From contig JAYRIM010000029.1 of assembly GCA_041906785.1 (NCBI GenBank), positions 1,149-65,148 on the forward strand: DNA of 64,000 nucleotides, written 5' to 3'. The notes under the pieces are model-generated. The model had not been told where the DNA came from. It saw only the letters and a list, made by a program, of their open reading frames with translations, and searched no databases. Shown piece after piece: positions 47,835-58,899 of the stretch (positions are counted from its first letter, which is position 1; each line of letters opens with the position of its first letter). The position numbers were made by a program, and so were the translations under genes. The stretch comes from Candidatus Levyibacteriota bacterium (lineage in GTDB: Bacteria > Patescibacteriota > Microgenomatia > Levybacterales > UBA12049).

Positions 47835-48416
47835 TTACTTTTTGTCAGAAGAATACTCAATAAATTCTTCTGTATGGAGAGTATTCCATTGTGATTCTGG
47901 AACCCAAAGATTTCTAAAATGTTTCCATTCATTCCAACCGACTCCTAACGCGCGAACCGGCATACCCTTCTCCTGCAGAGTTTTTACGAAAATTTGGGTT
48001 TGCAACGAACCTATAAAATGGCCATAAATGATTATCTCCTTTTTATCTCGTTTGCTGAATTCTTTTTCAAAATCCTGCACTCGACTATTGTCAATCGTCA
48101 ATGGAATTTCAGTGTTAGTGTATAAAGGAAATGACTCTGCTGTTTTAATATGTGCCTTGTTAAAATCATCTCTACTACGGATATCTACCAATAGCTGATC
48201 TCTACTGCCTTTTTTAATAGTTTGTAAAACTTCATATGGATCCGCTGGCATCGTTGTAGTTACCATGTTCGCCTTCAAAAACGAAAAATCTGAAAAGAAA
48301 AGAACCAATCCTAGCACAAAACCTACGAAAAAGAGAGAAAAAAACAGTCGAAGTAGATCGTAAGAGTTACTTTTTTTTGCGAGATGTCTTACTGATTTCA
48401 TAAATGTATTATACAC
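47835..48416 (-). CDS. membrane-anchored rhodanese-like domain protein
   Basis: LLVDIRS...F..AHIKTA...P, L.VGWNEW; no obvious catalytic Cys. Confidence 0.8.
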   Translation of the reverse strand: MYNTFMKSVRHLAKKSNSYDLLRLFFSLFFVGFVLGLVLFFSDFSFLKANMVTTTMPADPYEVLQTIKKGSRDQLLVDIRSRDDFNKAHIKTAESFPLYTNTEIPLTIDNSRVQDFEKEFSKRDKKEIIIYGHFIGSLQTQIFVKTLQEKGMPVRALGVGWNEWKHFRNLWVPESQWNTLHTEEFIEYSSDKK

Positions 48417-48522
48417 TCAATAATAAATTAAAAGGTGAAATTTCAAAGTAAAAGAGATTACTCTTTTATTTTTTACATGCTATTTGGCTTAAAACTATTG
48501 ATTTTGAGTATTGCCTTTCCTC

Positions 48523-50667
48523 CTATTCATAACGCAATGCGTTTAAGGCTGATATTCTCTTTGCTCTTCTTGCTGGATAGTATCCAGTCAAAATCCCTAC
48601 TAAAAATGATACAACAATAATAAACACAACGAGAAACCACGGAATATATGTAAGTTCTAAATAACCATCTCCATTTGCAATAGCGATAAGCGAAATTAAA
48701 AACGAAATAATTTTTCCAATAATAAATCCGAAAAATAACCCCCCAATACCTCCAGACATGCCTAAAATCATCGCTTCTGCAAGAAACAAATCACGAACTT
48801 CCTTAGAAACCATACCAATCGTTTTCATTCCTCCTATTTCTCTTGTCCTCTCAAGAAGCGATACTGTTAACGTGTTGAACATACCTAACGATGCTACACC
48901 TAGTGCAACCAACCCAATAAGAGCAAGCAATATTCTGAGATTACTAAATAAATTTTCTATTTGAGAAACTGTATCCGCAGTACTACTGGTCCGGAAACCC
49001 AATACTTCTATTTTTTTACGAATGTTTGGCATAGCAGTTTGGGAACTTAATATCAACTTTAGTTGAGAATAATTCTTAATGTCTAACGCAGCAGCATGAT
49101 CTAATGCAATATAGAAATAAGAAGAATCGTTATCATCTATAACGCCAATAATTTTATATTCCTTTTCTTCTGTTGAGGCTTTACCATCAATCGCAGGGAC
49201 AAGAGATTTCGTTAAAACAAATGATGTCTTAAATGTTGTATCTAATGCTTTCGAGAATGGAATATTTAATAGAGTTAAGAATGCATTTGACACTACTGCT
49301 TCATACCGAACATTATTTTTAAATCGAATAATTTCTTGTTTTTTCTTAGTAGTAGGATTCGCAAAGCTCACAACTTCCATACCTGCTTCATCAGTTGCTA
49401 CGATAAATTCACCGACAAGTGACGCACTTTCTGATGCAGACTCTGCTGCAGTAGTCTCTGTTTCATTCGTAACGATTGTAGCTGAACCACTTGCTGAACT
49501 TGTCTCACTCAAAATTTCTGATGTTGTAGTGTCTCCGAGAACTTGTGTATCTTGGATAATAATCTCATCTTTCTGTAAACACACTGCCTTCCAAATCTGT
49601 CTTCCGTTATCACCTAGCTGAGGTAAAAATCGTCCATCATATGTCTCATAAAATATAGGGACTTCTGATTTTATCCATGTTTGAAGTTTTCGATCCAGCT
49701 TTTTATCAAAGCCTTCTTGATTTGCTCCTCCTGCATAAAGATCTCCCCAATATTCGTTTCCGGAATATCCACCTTCAACCGGTCGGACAACCCCTAGAAT
49801 GTCTGATTCGTTTGTGCAAGAGCTCCAGGCAAATGTTTTTAAAGAAGGATTTATAGAAAAATGAATCACATTTCTAGATGCTTGTTCACCATACTTACCT
49901 TCTTTAATTTTCGTAGCTATTCCTGCAACATCTTTATCGTCAACTAATTCTGCTATCGTGCTCTTAAAAAATTTGCCACGAAGAAGTTTGACATTCGCAT
50001 GCTTTAGATATGTTTCACTCGTTGCATATACTAGGACATCTGTTTTTGCATTATGGAAATCAACCTTACCAACAACCGAAACTAGTGGCATTATTGAACT
50101 AATATCTCCCATTTTTTTTATTTTTTCTACAAGATCTTTATTGAGCCGTAAAGCAGTGTTTGACCCTGTTGCCACATCAACCATCTTCAACTCATTAAGA
50201 CTTGCAATTCTGTTAATTATGAGCCTCTCAACACCATACCCTAAAGATAAAAGGAGAACGATTATACCTACTCCAATAGACATGCCTAAAATTGTGATAA
50301 AAGTCCTTGTTTTTTTAGCCATTAAATTCTTAACACTAAGACTAATCAGATATGTACGCTTTACACTCGAACCCGATGGTTTATCCAATCTATCAACGAT
50401 ATTGTCAATAAAAGCCTGTAGCTTTTTTGGCCAAATTTTTTTTAGAAGAACAACTACATGATGACTTGCTGGAAAAGTATCAAAAAGCTCTATCAATTGT
50501 TTAATAATAAAAATGATGAGAAGAATGAAAAAGGAAGAAAACTCTCTAGTCTCGTGGTATACGTGAAGAGTGAAAGTTACACTGTTCCTTGGCAAATGTT
50601 GCCAAAAAGAAACATCTGCCAAAATGTGAAGTACGTGTTTTATAATTTCAAATATTTTCCCTTTCAT
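48523..50667 (-). CDS. MacB/FtsX-family ABC transporter permease with large extracellular insertion
   Basis: K.RT..TILG..IG, SLLERTREIG.MK.IG, YPARRA.RIS..NALRYE. Confidence 0.92.
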   Translation of the reverse strand: MKGKIFEIIKHVLHILADVSFWQHLPRNSVTFTLHVYHETREFSSFFILLIIFIIKQLIELFDTFPASHHVVVLLKKIWPKKLQAFIDNIVDRLDKPSGSSVKRTYLISLSVKNLMAKKTRTFITILGMSIGVGIIVLLLSLGYGVERLIINRIASLNELKMVDVATGSNTALRLNKDLVEKIKKMGDISSIMPLVSVVGKVDFHNAKTDVLVYATSETYLKHANVKLLRGKFFKSTIAELVDDKDVAGIATKIKEGKYGEQASRNVIHFSINPSLKTFAWSSCTNESDILGVVRPVEGGYSGNEYWGDLYAGGANQEGFDKKLDRKLQTWIKSEVPIFYETYDGRFLPQLGDNGRQIWKAVCLQKDEIIIQDTQVLGDTTTSEILSETSSASGSATIVTNETETTAAESASESASLVGEFIVATDEAGMEVVSFANPTTKKKQEIIRFKNNVRYEAVVSNAFLTLLNIPFSKALDTTFKTSFVLTKSLVPAIDGKASTEEKEYKIIGVIDDNDSSYFYIALDHAAALDIKNYSQLKLILSSQTAMPNIRKKIEVLGFRTSSTADTVSQIENLFSNLRILLALIGLVALGVASLGMFNTLTVSLLERTREIGGMKTIGMVSKEVRDLFLAEAMILGMSGGIGGLFFGFIIGKIISFLISLIAIANGDGYLELTYIPWFLVVFIIVVSFLVGILTGYYPARRAKRISALNALRYE

Positions 50668-50686
50668 GTTTTTTTATATCCTTCCA

Positions 50687-51481
50687 TTATAGTTTTAATT
50701 TTTTTAATAATTCTGGATCGTGTACATTTGCGATGCCATCATTTTCGCCTATCTGCTTTTTTCCTTGGAATTGCTCAAGCTTTTTTGATTGCTTTGGCTC
50801 GTATTCTTCTACGACCAAACCATCAATCATATGAAAAATTTTCGATCCATATTTCAAATATTCTAAATCGTGTGTAACCATAATTATACTTTTACCGCTT
50901 TTCACAAGATTTATAAATGTATTTAGCAAATCTTGTCCGGATACAGTATCAAGATTTCCAGTCGGCTCATCAGCAACTATTAATTGGGGGTCTGTCATCA
51001 GTGACCGCGCAAGACTAATTTTTTGCTGCTGGCCGGATGAAAGTTCTGTAGGAGTATACTCTGCCCATTTTGAAAGCCCTACCATCTCTAATGTATCATA
51101 TGCCTTCTTCTTAATAGCAGTTTCTTCCATGTTCAAAAGATGTAACGGAAACATAATGTTCTCGATAACATTCAAAGAACCCACCCAGAGTGGCTGTTGA
51201 TAAATCATTCCTATCGTGTGTCTCCTAAATAAGGCTCTCTCGTCTTCATTCATAGAATAAAGATCTTTCCCATCTATATATATTTTTCCGGTTGTTGGCA
51301 TTTCCAGACCCAATAATGTGTGCAGCAATGTTGACTTACCACATCCCGAAGGTCCAAAGATAATCCCGAAATCACCTCTTCCAACCGCAATTGAAATACC
51401 TTTCAAGACATCTACTAGTGTATCTCCTACTGGAAAGGTTTTTTTAATATTTGTTGCCTGTAAGTATCCTTGTTGAGTCAT
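50687..51481 (-). CDS. ABC transporter ATP-binding protein (LolD/MacB type)
   Basis: GPSGCGKST, LSSGQQQ, ADEPTGNLD, MVTHD. Confidence 0.95.
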   Translation of the reverse strand: MTQQGYLQATNIKKTFPVGDTLVDVLKGISIAVGRGDFGIIFGPSGCGKSTLLHTLLGLEMPTTGKIYIDGKDLYSMNEDERALFRRHTIGMIYQQPLWVGSLNVIENIMFPLHLLNMEETAIKKKAYDTLEMVGLSKWAEYTPTELSSGQQQKISLARSLMTDPQLIVADEPTGNLDTVSGQDLLNTFINLVKSGKSIIMVTHDLEYLKYGSKIFHMIDGLVVEEYEPKQSKKLEQFQGKKQIGENDGIANVHDPELLKKLKL

Positions 51482-51510
51482 ATTTTAATATAACGTCCCA
51501 ATCTTTCTAT

Positions 51511-54500
51511 CTATTTTTCTTTTCCTTTTAAGAAACCGAACGTTTTTGAAAGATTATCAATAACTAAATTTAATGCATCCTTTGTAGATTTCGGTGTGAC
51601 TACTACATAATCAGGAGATTTTCCATTATTTGATCCTTTATCTTTAGATATCGCCCGTAAATGATAAATCTTTGCTGGTGTTAAGCCTGTAATTGTAACT
51701 ATATGATTGGTGGTCATAGCAGGATCCTCCTGGGTAGACTGACCATATGCTCCACCAGATCCCTCCGCATATTCCACTTGAGTTGTAGCTGGTTCATCAG
51801 TGTCCCAACTGACAATTATCTGAGCTTTAGATTCATCACCTACTCCTACTATTGTTGATTCAACACTCATGTTTTGAATTTCTGGAGCCCTAAAATCTAC
51901 TGCTGTTTTGATCTTCTGTACTGGATATATAGCTTCATTACCTGCGGCGTCTTTACCTTTCACTGTTATGACATAGTTGCTATCATCTCGTAAGTCTTTT
52001 AATAAGACATCATGACTCTTCGTTAGTTTTAAATTAATAAAGTCTTTCACAGCAGACGAGTTATTGTCAGGGTAATACGAAACAATAGTTGATATTTCGG
52101 TATTCGATGTCCATAGTAACCGTAACGTTGCCGTAGGCAAACCCGCTACCTGCTGAACTTTCAGCTGAACGATTTTTGGTACTGGTAAGGTTTCAAAACT
52201 GTAATCATCGCCAGCAAACGTATTACCATCTTCATCTTCGCCTACAATACGATAATGGTATTCTGTCCCTTCATCCAAATCATCAAGTAAGATTGTGTGT
52301 TGTGTCTCTGATTTCGAAGTTGATACGTCCTTTGTGCCACCGTAACTTAGAGATTTACCATATTGGATAGTTACTTTTGTCGCATTTTTGACGGTGAAAG
52401 AGAGGTATGTTGATGTAATACTTGTATTTAATGCTTTTACATTTGAGACAAAAGGTGCTGGGTCTGTTTCAAACGTAAGTTCGCTCGATGATCCTGTATT
52501 GCCATCCTCGTCTGTCCAAAGTACTTTATAGTAATATTTCGTACCAGGATTTAAACCGCTAAGGGATATCTCGTGGTAAGAAACATGCGTTGAACTTCCT
52601 ACTTCTTCTCCATAATCACCGGATTTTGTTCCGTATTTTACAAATGAATTAGAGGTTCTGCTGGTAGACCAGGCGATAGTTGCTGCTTTTGTTTTTACAG
52701 TAGCTGAAGCACTAGCAGTCATGGTAGGTGCTTCAGTCCATTTTCCATCTGGTAGGAATGAAACAGTATCTGAATAGGCTGAACAGTTATTCGTCGAGTC
52801 ACACGCTTTTACACAGTAGTAATACTTCTGCTGGCTCAAGTTAGTATCGACATATGACTCTGTTGTTGTAGAAGCAGTATACGAAAATGAGCTATCGCTT
52901 GTAGTGCAGACTGCACTGCTTGTTGTTGATCGATAAACTTTATAATTCGCAATTCCTGATCCACTGGATGTTGGCGCATCCCATGAAATTGCTAAACGCC
53001 AATTTTTTGTCGATTTAACCGATACATCTGAAATATCCATATTTCTTGCTACTCCAGGCGCAGATGTATTGGCTGTAAAGGTAACTGATGCATAGTTGTT
53101 ATAATCAATATTCCCTGCTTCATCTTTCGCAACTACATAAAATGTATTAGCACCTGGAACTGTCGCATATGCTCCTGCAGAAACATATGTTGTTGTTAAG
53201 CCAATAGCATTCACATTCTGAGCTGTCGGCAGTGCATTTACCGAATAATAATAGCGCAATCCAGATTGTGCCCCTGAGTATGTAGCTGGCGGTTGCCAAC
53301 TGAACGCAAATTCATTTACCGTATTACTCACCGGTGATACTTCCAAGCTCTGTGGTGCTCCCGGGGCTGTGGAGCTATAATAGAACGATGCATTTGCATA
53401 GTCAGATGCTATATTACCTGCGGCGTCTTTTGCTCGTACATAAAACGTATTAGTTCCTGTTTGATATGCAGTCAGATTACTGACAGATGTTGCCGAAATG
53501 CATGTATCAGTAGAGCCAGAAGCTCCTGTTTTATAACAGTATTGAGCAATTGTTGAAGCGCTATCCGTCGCACCGCTCCATGAAAAATCAAAGCTGTTTG
53601 TATTCGTATAACCAGGGGGTGTAGCTATTACTGTAGTCGGATTCGATGGTGCCACATTATCAAATTTATATATAAACGGCTCCCAGGTAGACGAACTTAC
53701 ATTTCCAGCATCATCTTTCGTCTTAATTCGTAGGTAATATACATTTCCTGAGGTCAAACTAGAGCCTGTATATACTGAACCTGACTGTAATACCCCATCT
53801 ATTTGAGGGTCTGCACTACTATCTGTCCCAAAATAAACATAATATCCAGTAACCCCAGAACCGGTAGATGTGTCTGTTGCCCCATTTGCTGCTTCAGCAT
53901 CAGGCCAATCAAAATTTGGCGCAGAGTAATTGTACCATGTATTCGTTGTAATACTGGCTGCTTGAGTAGCTGACGTATATGCTGTCAAACTAGATGCATT
54001 CGTCGGTGCTGTAGTGTCCCTATAAAAGTTAATTGAATAATCATCAACAGATCCAGAATAGACCCCGTCAGATGATGTTATTGTCAGCTTAACTTGTATA
54101 TACCTATTTGCTGTCGAATTAATTTTGTAAGTATTTGTTGTTGCAATACTTTTTATTTCAGAAGCTTCTGCCCAGGAAGACCATGTACTATTATCAGACG
54201 ACGTACGCGTGTAGACAGCTACAGCACTATTTGTTGCACTGTTCCATGTCAAACTTAAATTCGCAAACCGATATGTAGAAGTTAAATCATGTGCACCAGA
54301 GGTAAATGATCCTGATTCTTGAAATGAACTGGTTGCTGTCTGCATAACATATGTATATAAACCATTTCCATAAGTGTTTGTACCAGCCCCGGCTAAGACA
54401 AATATTTTACTTGATCCGTTTGTAGCTGCAGCACCTCCAGAGGTAATGTTTGCAGAGGCACTCGATAATGCTGACCATGTATTCCCTGAAATCGAATATT

Positions 54501-57500
54501 GATAACATGCTGTTGTATTGCTTCCTCGACAAGCATACAGATAATCACCGCTTCCAGGATCAACGAGGAAACCATCTCCTCCTACCGTAACACCTATACC
54601 TAAATCTGCTACAGCCGGATCACTCCATGTATTTGCTCCAATATCATATCGGTAAAATGATACTGCTCCATTTCCACGTAGAGCATAGATATAACTCCCT
54701 CGTAATATTAAATCTCCACCTGCGCCGATGGTTGCTGGTGTAACAGCCAAGGTACTCCATCTGCTCCCTGCAGAAGCTTGAGTATCAAATCGATAAAATG
54801 TTGTTGTATTTGCACCGCGAAGAACATAAATATATCTACTGCCATCATAGACCATTGACGCACCGGCACCAATATCGGCAGGAGGTAAATCATTTGTTAA
54901 CTCCGACCATGTATCTGTCCCTATATCATAGACAAAAAACTTTCTAAAAATATTACTGATCAATGCATAAATCTTGTTATTTGTTGAGTCATATACTAAA
55001 TCTCCTCCGGTAGAAAACCCTGCAGGAGCATCTGCCATTTGAGTTACTTCACCGGTAACTTCGTTATAACGAATGAATACATTGTTAAAGCCTCCTTGCG
55101 TAATATAGAAATTGTTATTATCACCTTTTACAATATCTGCTCCTGTACTAAAGCTAAGATATTCTGTACCACGAAAGATGGGAGCTAATATACCTCTTGT
55201 TGGAATAAGCCATGAATTTTTTGAAATATTATATCTATAGAAAACGTTTGATCCCGCTCCTCTCACTATATATATGTATCCACTAACAATTCTCATTGCG
55301 GTTCCACTAGACATAACTAGAGGAGTTTCGGCTAACTCAGTCCATGTCTGGGTATCAAGTGAATATTTATACATAAAAGGCCTATCCCAACCAGGCGTGA
55401 AGTAAACTGCATTTGTAGTTGAGTCGTATTCTATTTGTCCACCATAATATGCAAGAGAAGGGACATTTGGCAGCGTTGACCATGTACCGCTTGCAATAGA
55501 ATACTGTGCGAATCCAGACCGTGTATTTCCTTGTATGGCATAAATTTTATCCCCGCCATCATAGGCTAAGTCACCACCAATATAAATAAGATTATTTACT
55601 TGATCTGTTGGTGACCCAAAGTCAACGTTTGTTAGAACCTCCCAACTATCAACCGATGTATCATATCGCATAAATGTATCATCGTTATTACCTTTCAGCG
55701 CGTAAATATATCGTGATCCGTCATATTTTAAGTCGCTACCATAATCGAACGGCTGAGGGGCATCAGCCGCTGCAACGTCTGACCAAGTATCATTTGCAAT
55801 ATCATATCGCCAAAATGTTGTGGTATTTTGACCACGTGCAGCATATAAGTATCCAGAAGGGCCTTCTGTTAATGCTCCTCCATTATTCACAGAAGCAGGA
55901 GCAACTGCTTTTGAAGTCCACGTATCAGTATCTATGACATATTCATAAAATGTAGTAGTATTTGAACCTCGAAAAGTATAGAGTTTATTTGAAGAAGAAA
56001 CATAGGCAAAACTTGCTCCATAGCTAAACCCCGCAGGCGCAAGGCTAAGCCGTTCCTGCTGCCAAAATCCAGATTTACTCGCAATTTTTATAGTATCTGA
56101 AGCTGTAGTACTATTCGATACTGTTCCTGTACTAAAATCGGACGTCGTAGTAGCACTTACAGAAGTTGGTGATACACCCGTGTATATATAGCTAAAACCA
56201 GTAACTGCTGCAGCAATATTTCCGGCACTATCCTTTGTCTTTAAACGAAGATAATAAGTACCGTTTGATAAAGGTACAGTCACGGTATAATTTGTAGTTG
56301 TTTGTAAACTGCCAGAAACAGATGGATCAGCAGAGCTATCTGTACCGAAATATACATAATAACCAGCAACACTTGTCTCTGTGTCACTTGCACCACTCCA
56401 TGTAAAATATGGCGCAGCATAACTGTACGAGTTGCCACTTACGAGAGCTGTTCCACTTGCCGCCTGGGATGATCCAGTGAATACAGAAGGATTTGAAGGA
56501 GAATTAGTATCTCCTGTGTATGTTACTGTAATTGATGATAAAGTTGGTGTAGAAGATTGACCTGTCGAGGCCACCAGTGTAGCACGAACTTGTAAATATC
56601 GCCTTGCTGGCGATGCGATAGTTCCACTGCTAACACTTTGCCAATTTGACCATGTTGCCCGATCTGTACTAGATCGTGTCTCATATGTGACAGATGAGTC
56701 ACTTGGTGTTGTACTCGATGACGAAAGAGAAGTCCAACTTGCAACATATGTTAAATCCAGTACCGAGCTAGTCCATGTACCGCTTGATACATAATTGTTT
56801 GCACTTACAGTATACGTATGCATTTGAAGAAAATTAGCACCTGGAATAAAATAAAGTGTGCCTGAACCATCTGACTCTAACGACGCACCGTTGTAGGGGC
56901 CAATATTTTGCGCATAGTTTCCGGGTAAATACGGAAGCCTTCTCCATGAATTACCGCTTATAGAATATTCCCAGAAATCTCGCTTATAATATCCAGCCGT
57001 AGCATAAATCTTTCCAGAGTAGTATGTAATATCTACTCCATAATACGGAGAAAAAGGCAAAGATGTAAGAACTGACCAGCTATCCGACCCGACAGTATAT
57101 TTCAAGATCTGCGTCATGCCTGTACCGGTAATATAAAAAAGATTTGTTCCATCAGAGATAAGACGAGCACCATATGCAGCTTCAGCGTCATCAGGTAAAT
57201 CAGAAACAGCCACATCACTCCAGGTATTACTGCTGATACTGTATCGATAAAAGCTCCGTGTAGTGGCACCGCGTGTTCCATAAATATAATCACCAGAACC
57301 AGGATAAACCAGAGTCCCTCCGTTCTGAATAGTAGCAGGCGCATCGGCCAGCTGAGTCCATGCAGCTGTCCCTGTATTATAGGAATAAAATGTCAACGTA
57401 TTGCTTCCACGAAGAAAATATAAAATACTGCCTGCTACAACTCCTTTCGTATCATCTCCAAATGTATTTGGCGCGCTGGTTAGTGTCGTCCAGGTATTTG

Positions 57501-58629
57501 TTGAAGGTGAATATGAATAAAAATTTGCAGAGCCATTTCCCCTAAGAAAATAAAGTGTGCTGTTATAATAAAGTAAATCTGCTCCGGTTCCAGGCGTATT
57601 TGGTAAATCGGCAGCACCAAGAAATGTATCCCCAGCAATATTATATTTCCAAAAATCATATGTTCCATTCCCTCTGAAGACATACGCATAGCCATCTCCA
57701 CTATGATATACCAGACCAACATACCGTGTAACTTGTGGTGTGTTGGTTAGCGTTGTCCATGCATTTGTGCTAATTTGGTATCGATAAAATGTTTGCGTTC
57801 CTTGATCACGTGTAAGATAGATAAAATCTCCATTTCCATCCATATTATGATCTTCATTAATCGTTCCAGGAGTATTCGTCATTGTAGACCATGTACCAGC
57901 ACCGATATCATATCTGTAGAAGGTTTGTGTTCCGCCTCCCCGAGGGGTATAAAGATATCCGCTTTTATAGTATAAGGTAGACCCACTATTCAGTGTTGCT
58001 GGAGTACTCGTTATCGTAGACCACGTATTTGAAGATACTGTATATTTCCAAAAATCTGTTGTACCATTAGACCGAATTGCAAAAATGTTTGTACCGTCTG
58101 TCGCTATAGATGCGCCATTTGCAACAAGCTCAGGTAAATTTGATAGACTTGTCCAGGTATTATCAGCTATAGAATAACGTGCGAATTCTTTCTGATATCC
58201 ACCGAATTCAGCATAAATATAATTACCAAGGACGACTAAATCGGCACCAACATAAGCATAATGAGGAGCTGATGCAAGCGTCTTCCATTTATTTTCGCTA
58301 GGAACATATCGCATAAACAAATTATCATTACTGGCTAAAACATAAATGTATGTTCCATCACTGACAATCGCTGCTTGATCGCTAAGCGAAATATGAGGTG
58401 TATGGAATACGCGAGGTCCCCAACTTCCTGCGGGTGTGAGTTTTATATCCCCTTCTTTGCTTTGTGATTCAGTGTTATTAAATTCTCCATTATCAAAATC
58501 CACACGCGATGTTAACGTTGTCGAGGCTGCTTCTACTCTCTGAGGGGAACTGTATAACACGATATACCACGGAAAACTCAGCGAAACAATCTCTAGAATG
58601 ATCAGGAACGTCTTTAGTATAGATCTCAT
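51511..58629 (-). CDS. giant secreted surface protein: two kelch-like beta-propeller arrays plus FN3/Ig-like domains
   Basis: signal peptide (VEA); many IY..RG..T..F.RY.I..NTW..L...P blades; D.T.P, KD.AGN, L.PGTKYYY.V repeats. Confidence 0.9.
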   Translation of the reverse strand: MRSILKTFLIILEIVSLSFPWYIVLYSSPQRVEAASTTLTSRVDFDNGEFNNTESQSKEGDIKLTPAGSWGPRVFHTPHISLSDQAAIVSDGTYIYVLASNDNLFMRYVPSENKWKTLASAPHYAYVGADLVVLGNYIYAEFGGYQKEFARYSIADNTWTSLSNLPELVANGASIATDGTNIFAIRSNGTTDFWKYTVSSNTWSTITSTPATLNSGSTLYYKSGYLYTPRGGGTQTFYRYDIGAGTWSTMTNTPGTINEDHNMDGNGDFIYLTRDQGTQTFYRYQISTNAWTTLTNTPQVTRYVGLVYHSGDGYAYVFRGNGTYDFWKYNIAGDTFLGAADLPNTPGTGADLLYYNSTLYFLRGNGSANFYSYSPSTNTWTTLTSAPNTFGDDTKGVVAGSILYFLRGSNTLTFYSYNTGTAAWTQLADAPATIQNGGTLVYPGSGDYIYGTRGATTRSFYRYSISSNTWSDVAVSDLPDDAEAAYGARLISDGTNLFYITGTGMTQILKYTVGSDSWSVLTSLPFSPYYGVDITYYSGKIYATAGYYKRDFWEYSISGNSWRRLPYLPGNYAQNIGPYNGASLESDGSGTLYFIPGANFLQMHTYTVSANNYVSSGTWTSSVLDLTYVASWTSLSSSSTTPSDSSVTYETRSSTDRATWSNWQSVSSGTIASPARRYLQVRATLVASTGQSSTPTLSSITVTYTGDTNSPSNPSVFTGSSQAASGTALVSGNSYSYAAPYFTWSGASDTETSVAGYYVYFGTDSSADPSVSGSLQTTTNYTVTVPLSNGTYYLRLKTKDSAGNIAAAVTGFSYIYTGVSPTSVSATTTSDFSTGTVSNSTTASDTIKIASKSGFWQQERLSLAPAGFSYGASFAYVSSSNKLYTFRGSNTTTFYEYVIDTDTWTSKAVAPASVNNGGALTEGPSGYLYAARGQNTTTFWRYDIANDTWSDVAAADAPQPFDYGSDLKYDGSRYIYALKGNNDDTFMRYDTSVDSWEVLTNVDFGSPTDQVNNLIYIGGDLAYDGGDKIYAIQGNTRSGFAQYSIASGTWSTLPNVPSLAYYGGQIEYDSTTNAVYFTPGWDRPFMYKYSLDTQTWTELAETPLVMSSGTAMRIVSGYIYIVRGAGSNVFYRYNISKNSWLIPTRGILAPIFRGTEYLSFSTGADIVKGDNNNFYITQGGFNNVFIRYNEVTGEVTQMADAPAGFSTGGDLVYDSTNNKIYALISNIFRKFFVYDIGTDTWSELTNDLPPADIGAGASMVYDGSRYIYVLRGANTTTFYRFDTQASAGSRWSTLAVTPATIGAGGDLILRGSYIYALRGNGAVSFYRYDIGANTWSDPAVADLGIGVTVGGDGFLVDPGSGDYLYACRGSNTTACYQYSISGNTWSALSSASANITSGGAAATNGSSKIFVLAGAGTNTYGNGLYTYVMQTATSSFQESGSFTSGAHDLTSTYRFANLSLTWNSATNSAVAVYTRTSSDNSTWSSWAEASEIKSIATTNTYKINSTANRYIQVKLTITSSDGVYSGSVDDYSINFYRDTTAPTNASSLTAYTSATQAASITTNTWYNYSAPNFDWPDAEAANGATDTSTGSGVTGYYVYFGTDSSADPQIDGVLQSGSVYTGSSLTSGNVYYLRIKTKDDAGNVSSSTWEPFIYKFDNVAPSNPTTVIATPPGYTNTNSFDFSWSGATDSASTIAQYCYKTGASGSTDTCISATSVSNLTAYQTGTNTFYVRAKDAAGNIASDYANASFYYSSTAPGAPQSLEVSPVSNTVNEFAFSWQPPATYSGAQSGLRYYYSVNALPTAQNVNAIGLTTTYVSAGAYATVPGANTFYVVAKDEAGNIDYNNYASVTFTANTSAPGVARNMDISDVSVKSTKNWRLAISWDAPTSSGSGIANYKVYRSTTSSAVCTTSDSSFSYTASTTTESYVDTNLSQQKYYYCVKACDSTNNCSAYSDTVSFLPDGKWTEAPTMTASASATVKTKAATIAWSTSRTSNSFVKYGTKSGDYGEEVGSSTHVSYHEISLSGLNPGTKYYYKVLWTDEDGNTGSSSELTFETDPAPFVSNVKALNTSITSTYLSFTVKNATKVTIQYGKSLSYGGTKDVSTSKSETQHTILLDDLDEGTEYHYRIVGEDEDGNTFAGDDYSFETLPVPKIVQLKVQQVAGLPTATLRLLWTSNTEISTIVSYYPDNNSSAVKDFINLKLTKSHDVLLKDLRDDSNYVITVKGKDAAGNEAIYPVQKIKTAVDFRAPEIQNMSVESTIVGVGDESKAQIIVSWDTDEPATTQVEYAEGSGGAYGQSTQEDPAMTTNHIVTITGLTPAKIYHLRAISKDKGSNNGKSPDYVVVTPKSTKDALNLVIDNLSKTFGFLKGKEK

Positions 58630-58899
58630 AGTTTAATAACTGCTCGTTCCTGCCTGAAAATAAAAGTGCTGTTATGATTTACCGTCAAAAACAGCACTCT
58701 AGTATTTAAACTCTACTATATTTATAGTAGATAAATTGCATGGCTAAAGTCAATAGATTTTACTGAACCATATTCAATCATAAGACTCCACAAAATAATT
58801 CTCTCTGAATATATCAAAGTATAACTTAAAGCGTTAAACCTACTACTCATGATGAACCTATATATTTAAAATAAAGAGGGAATATTTATCAGTCTACCT

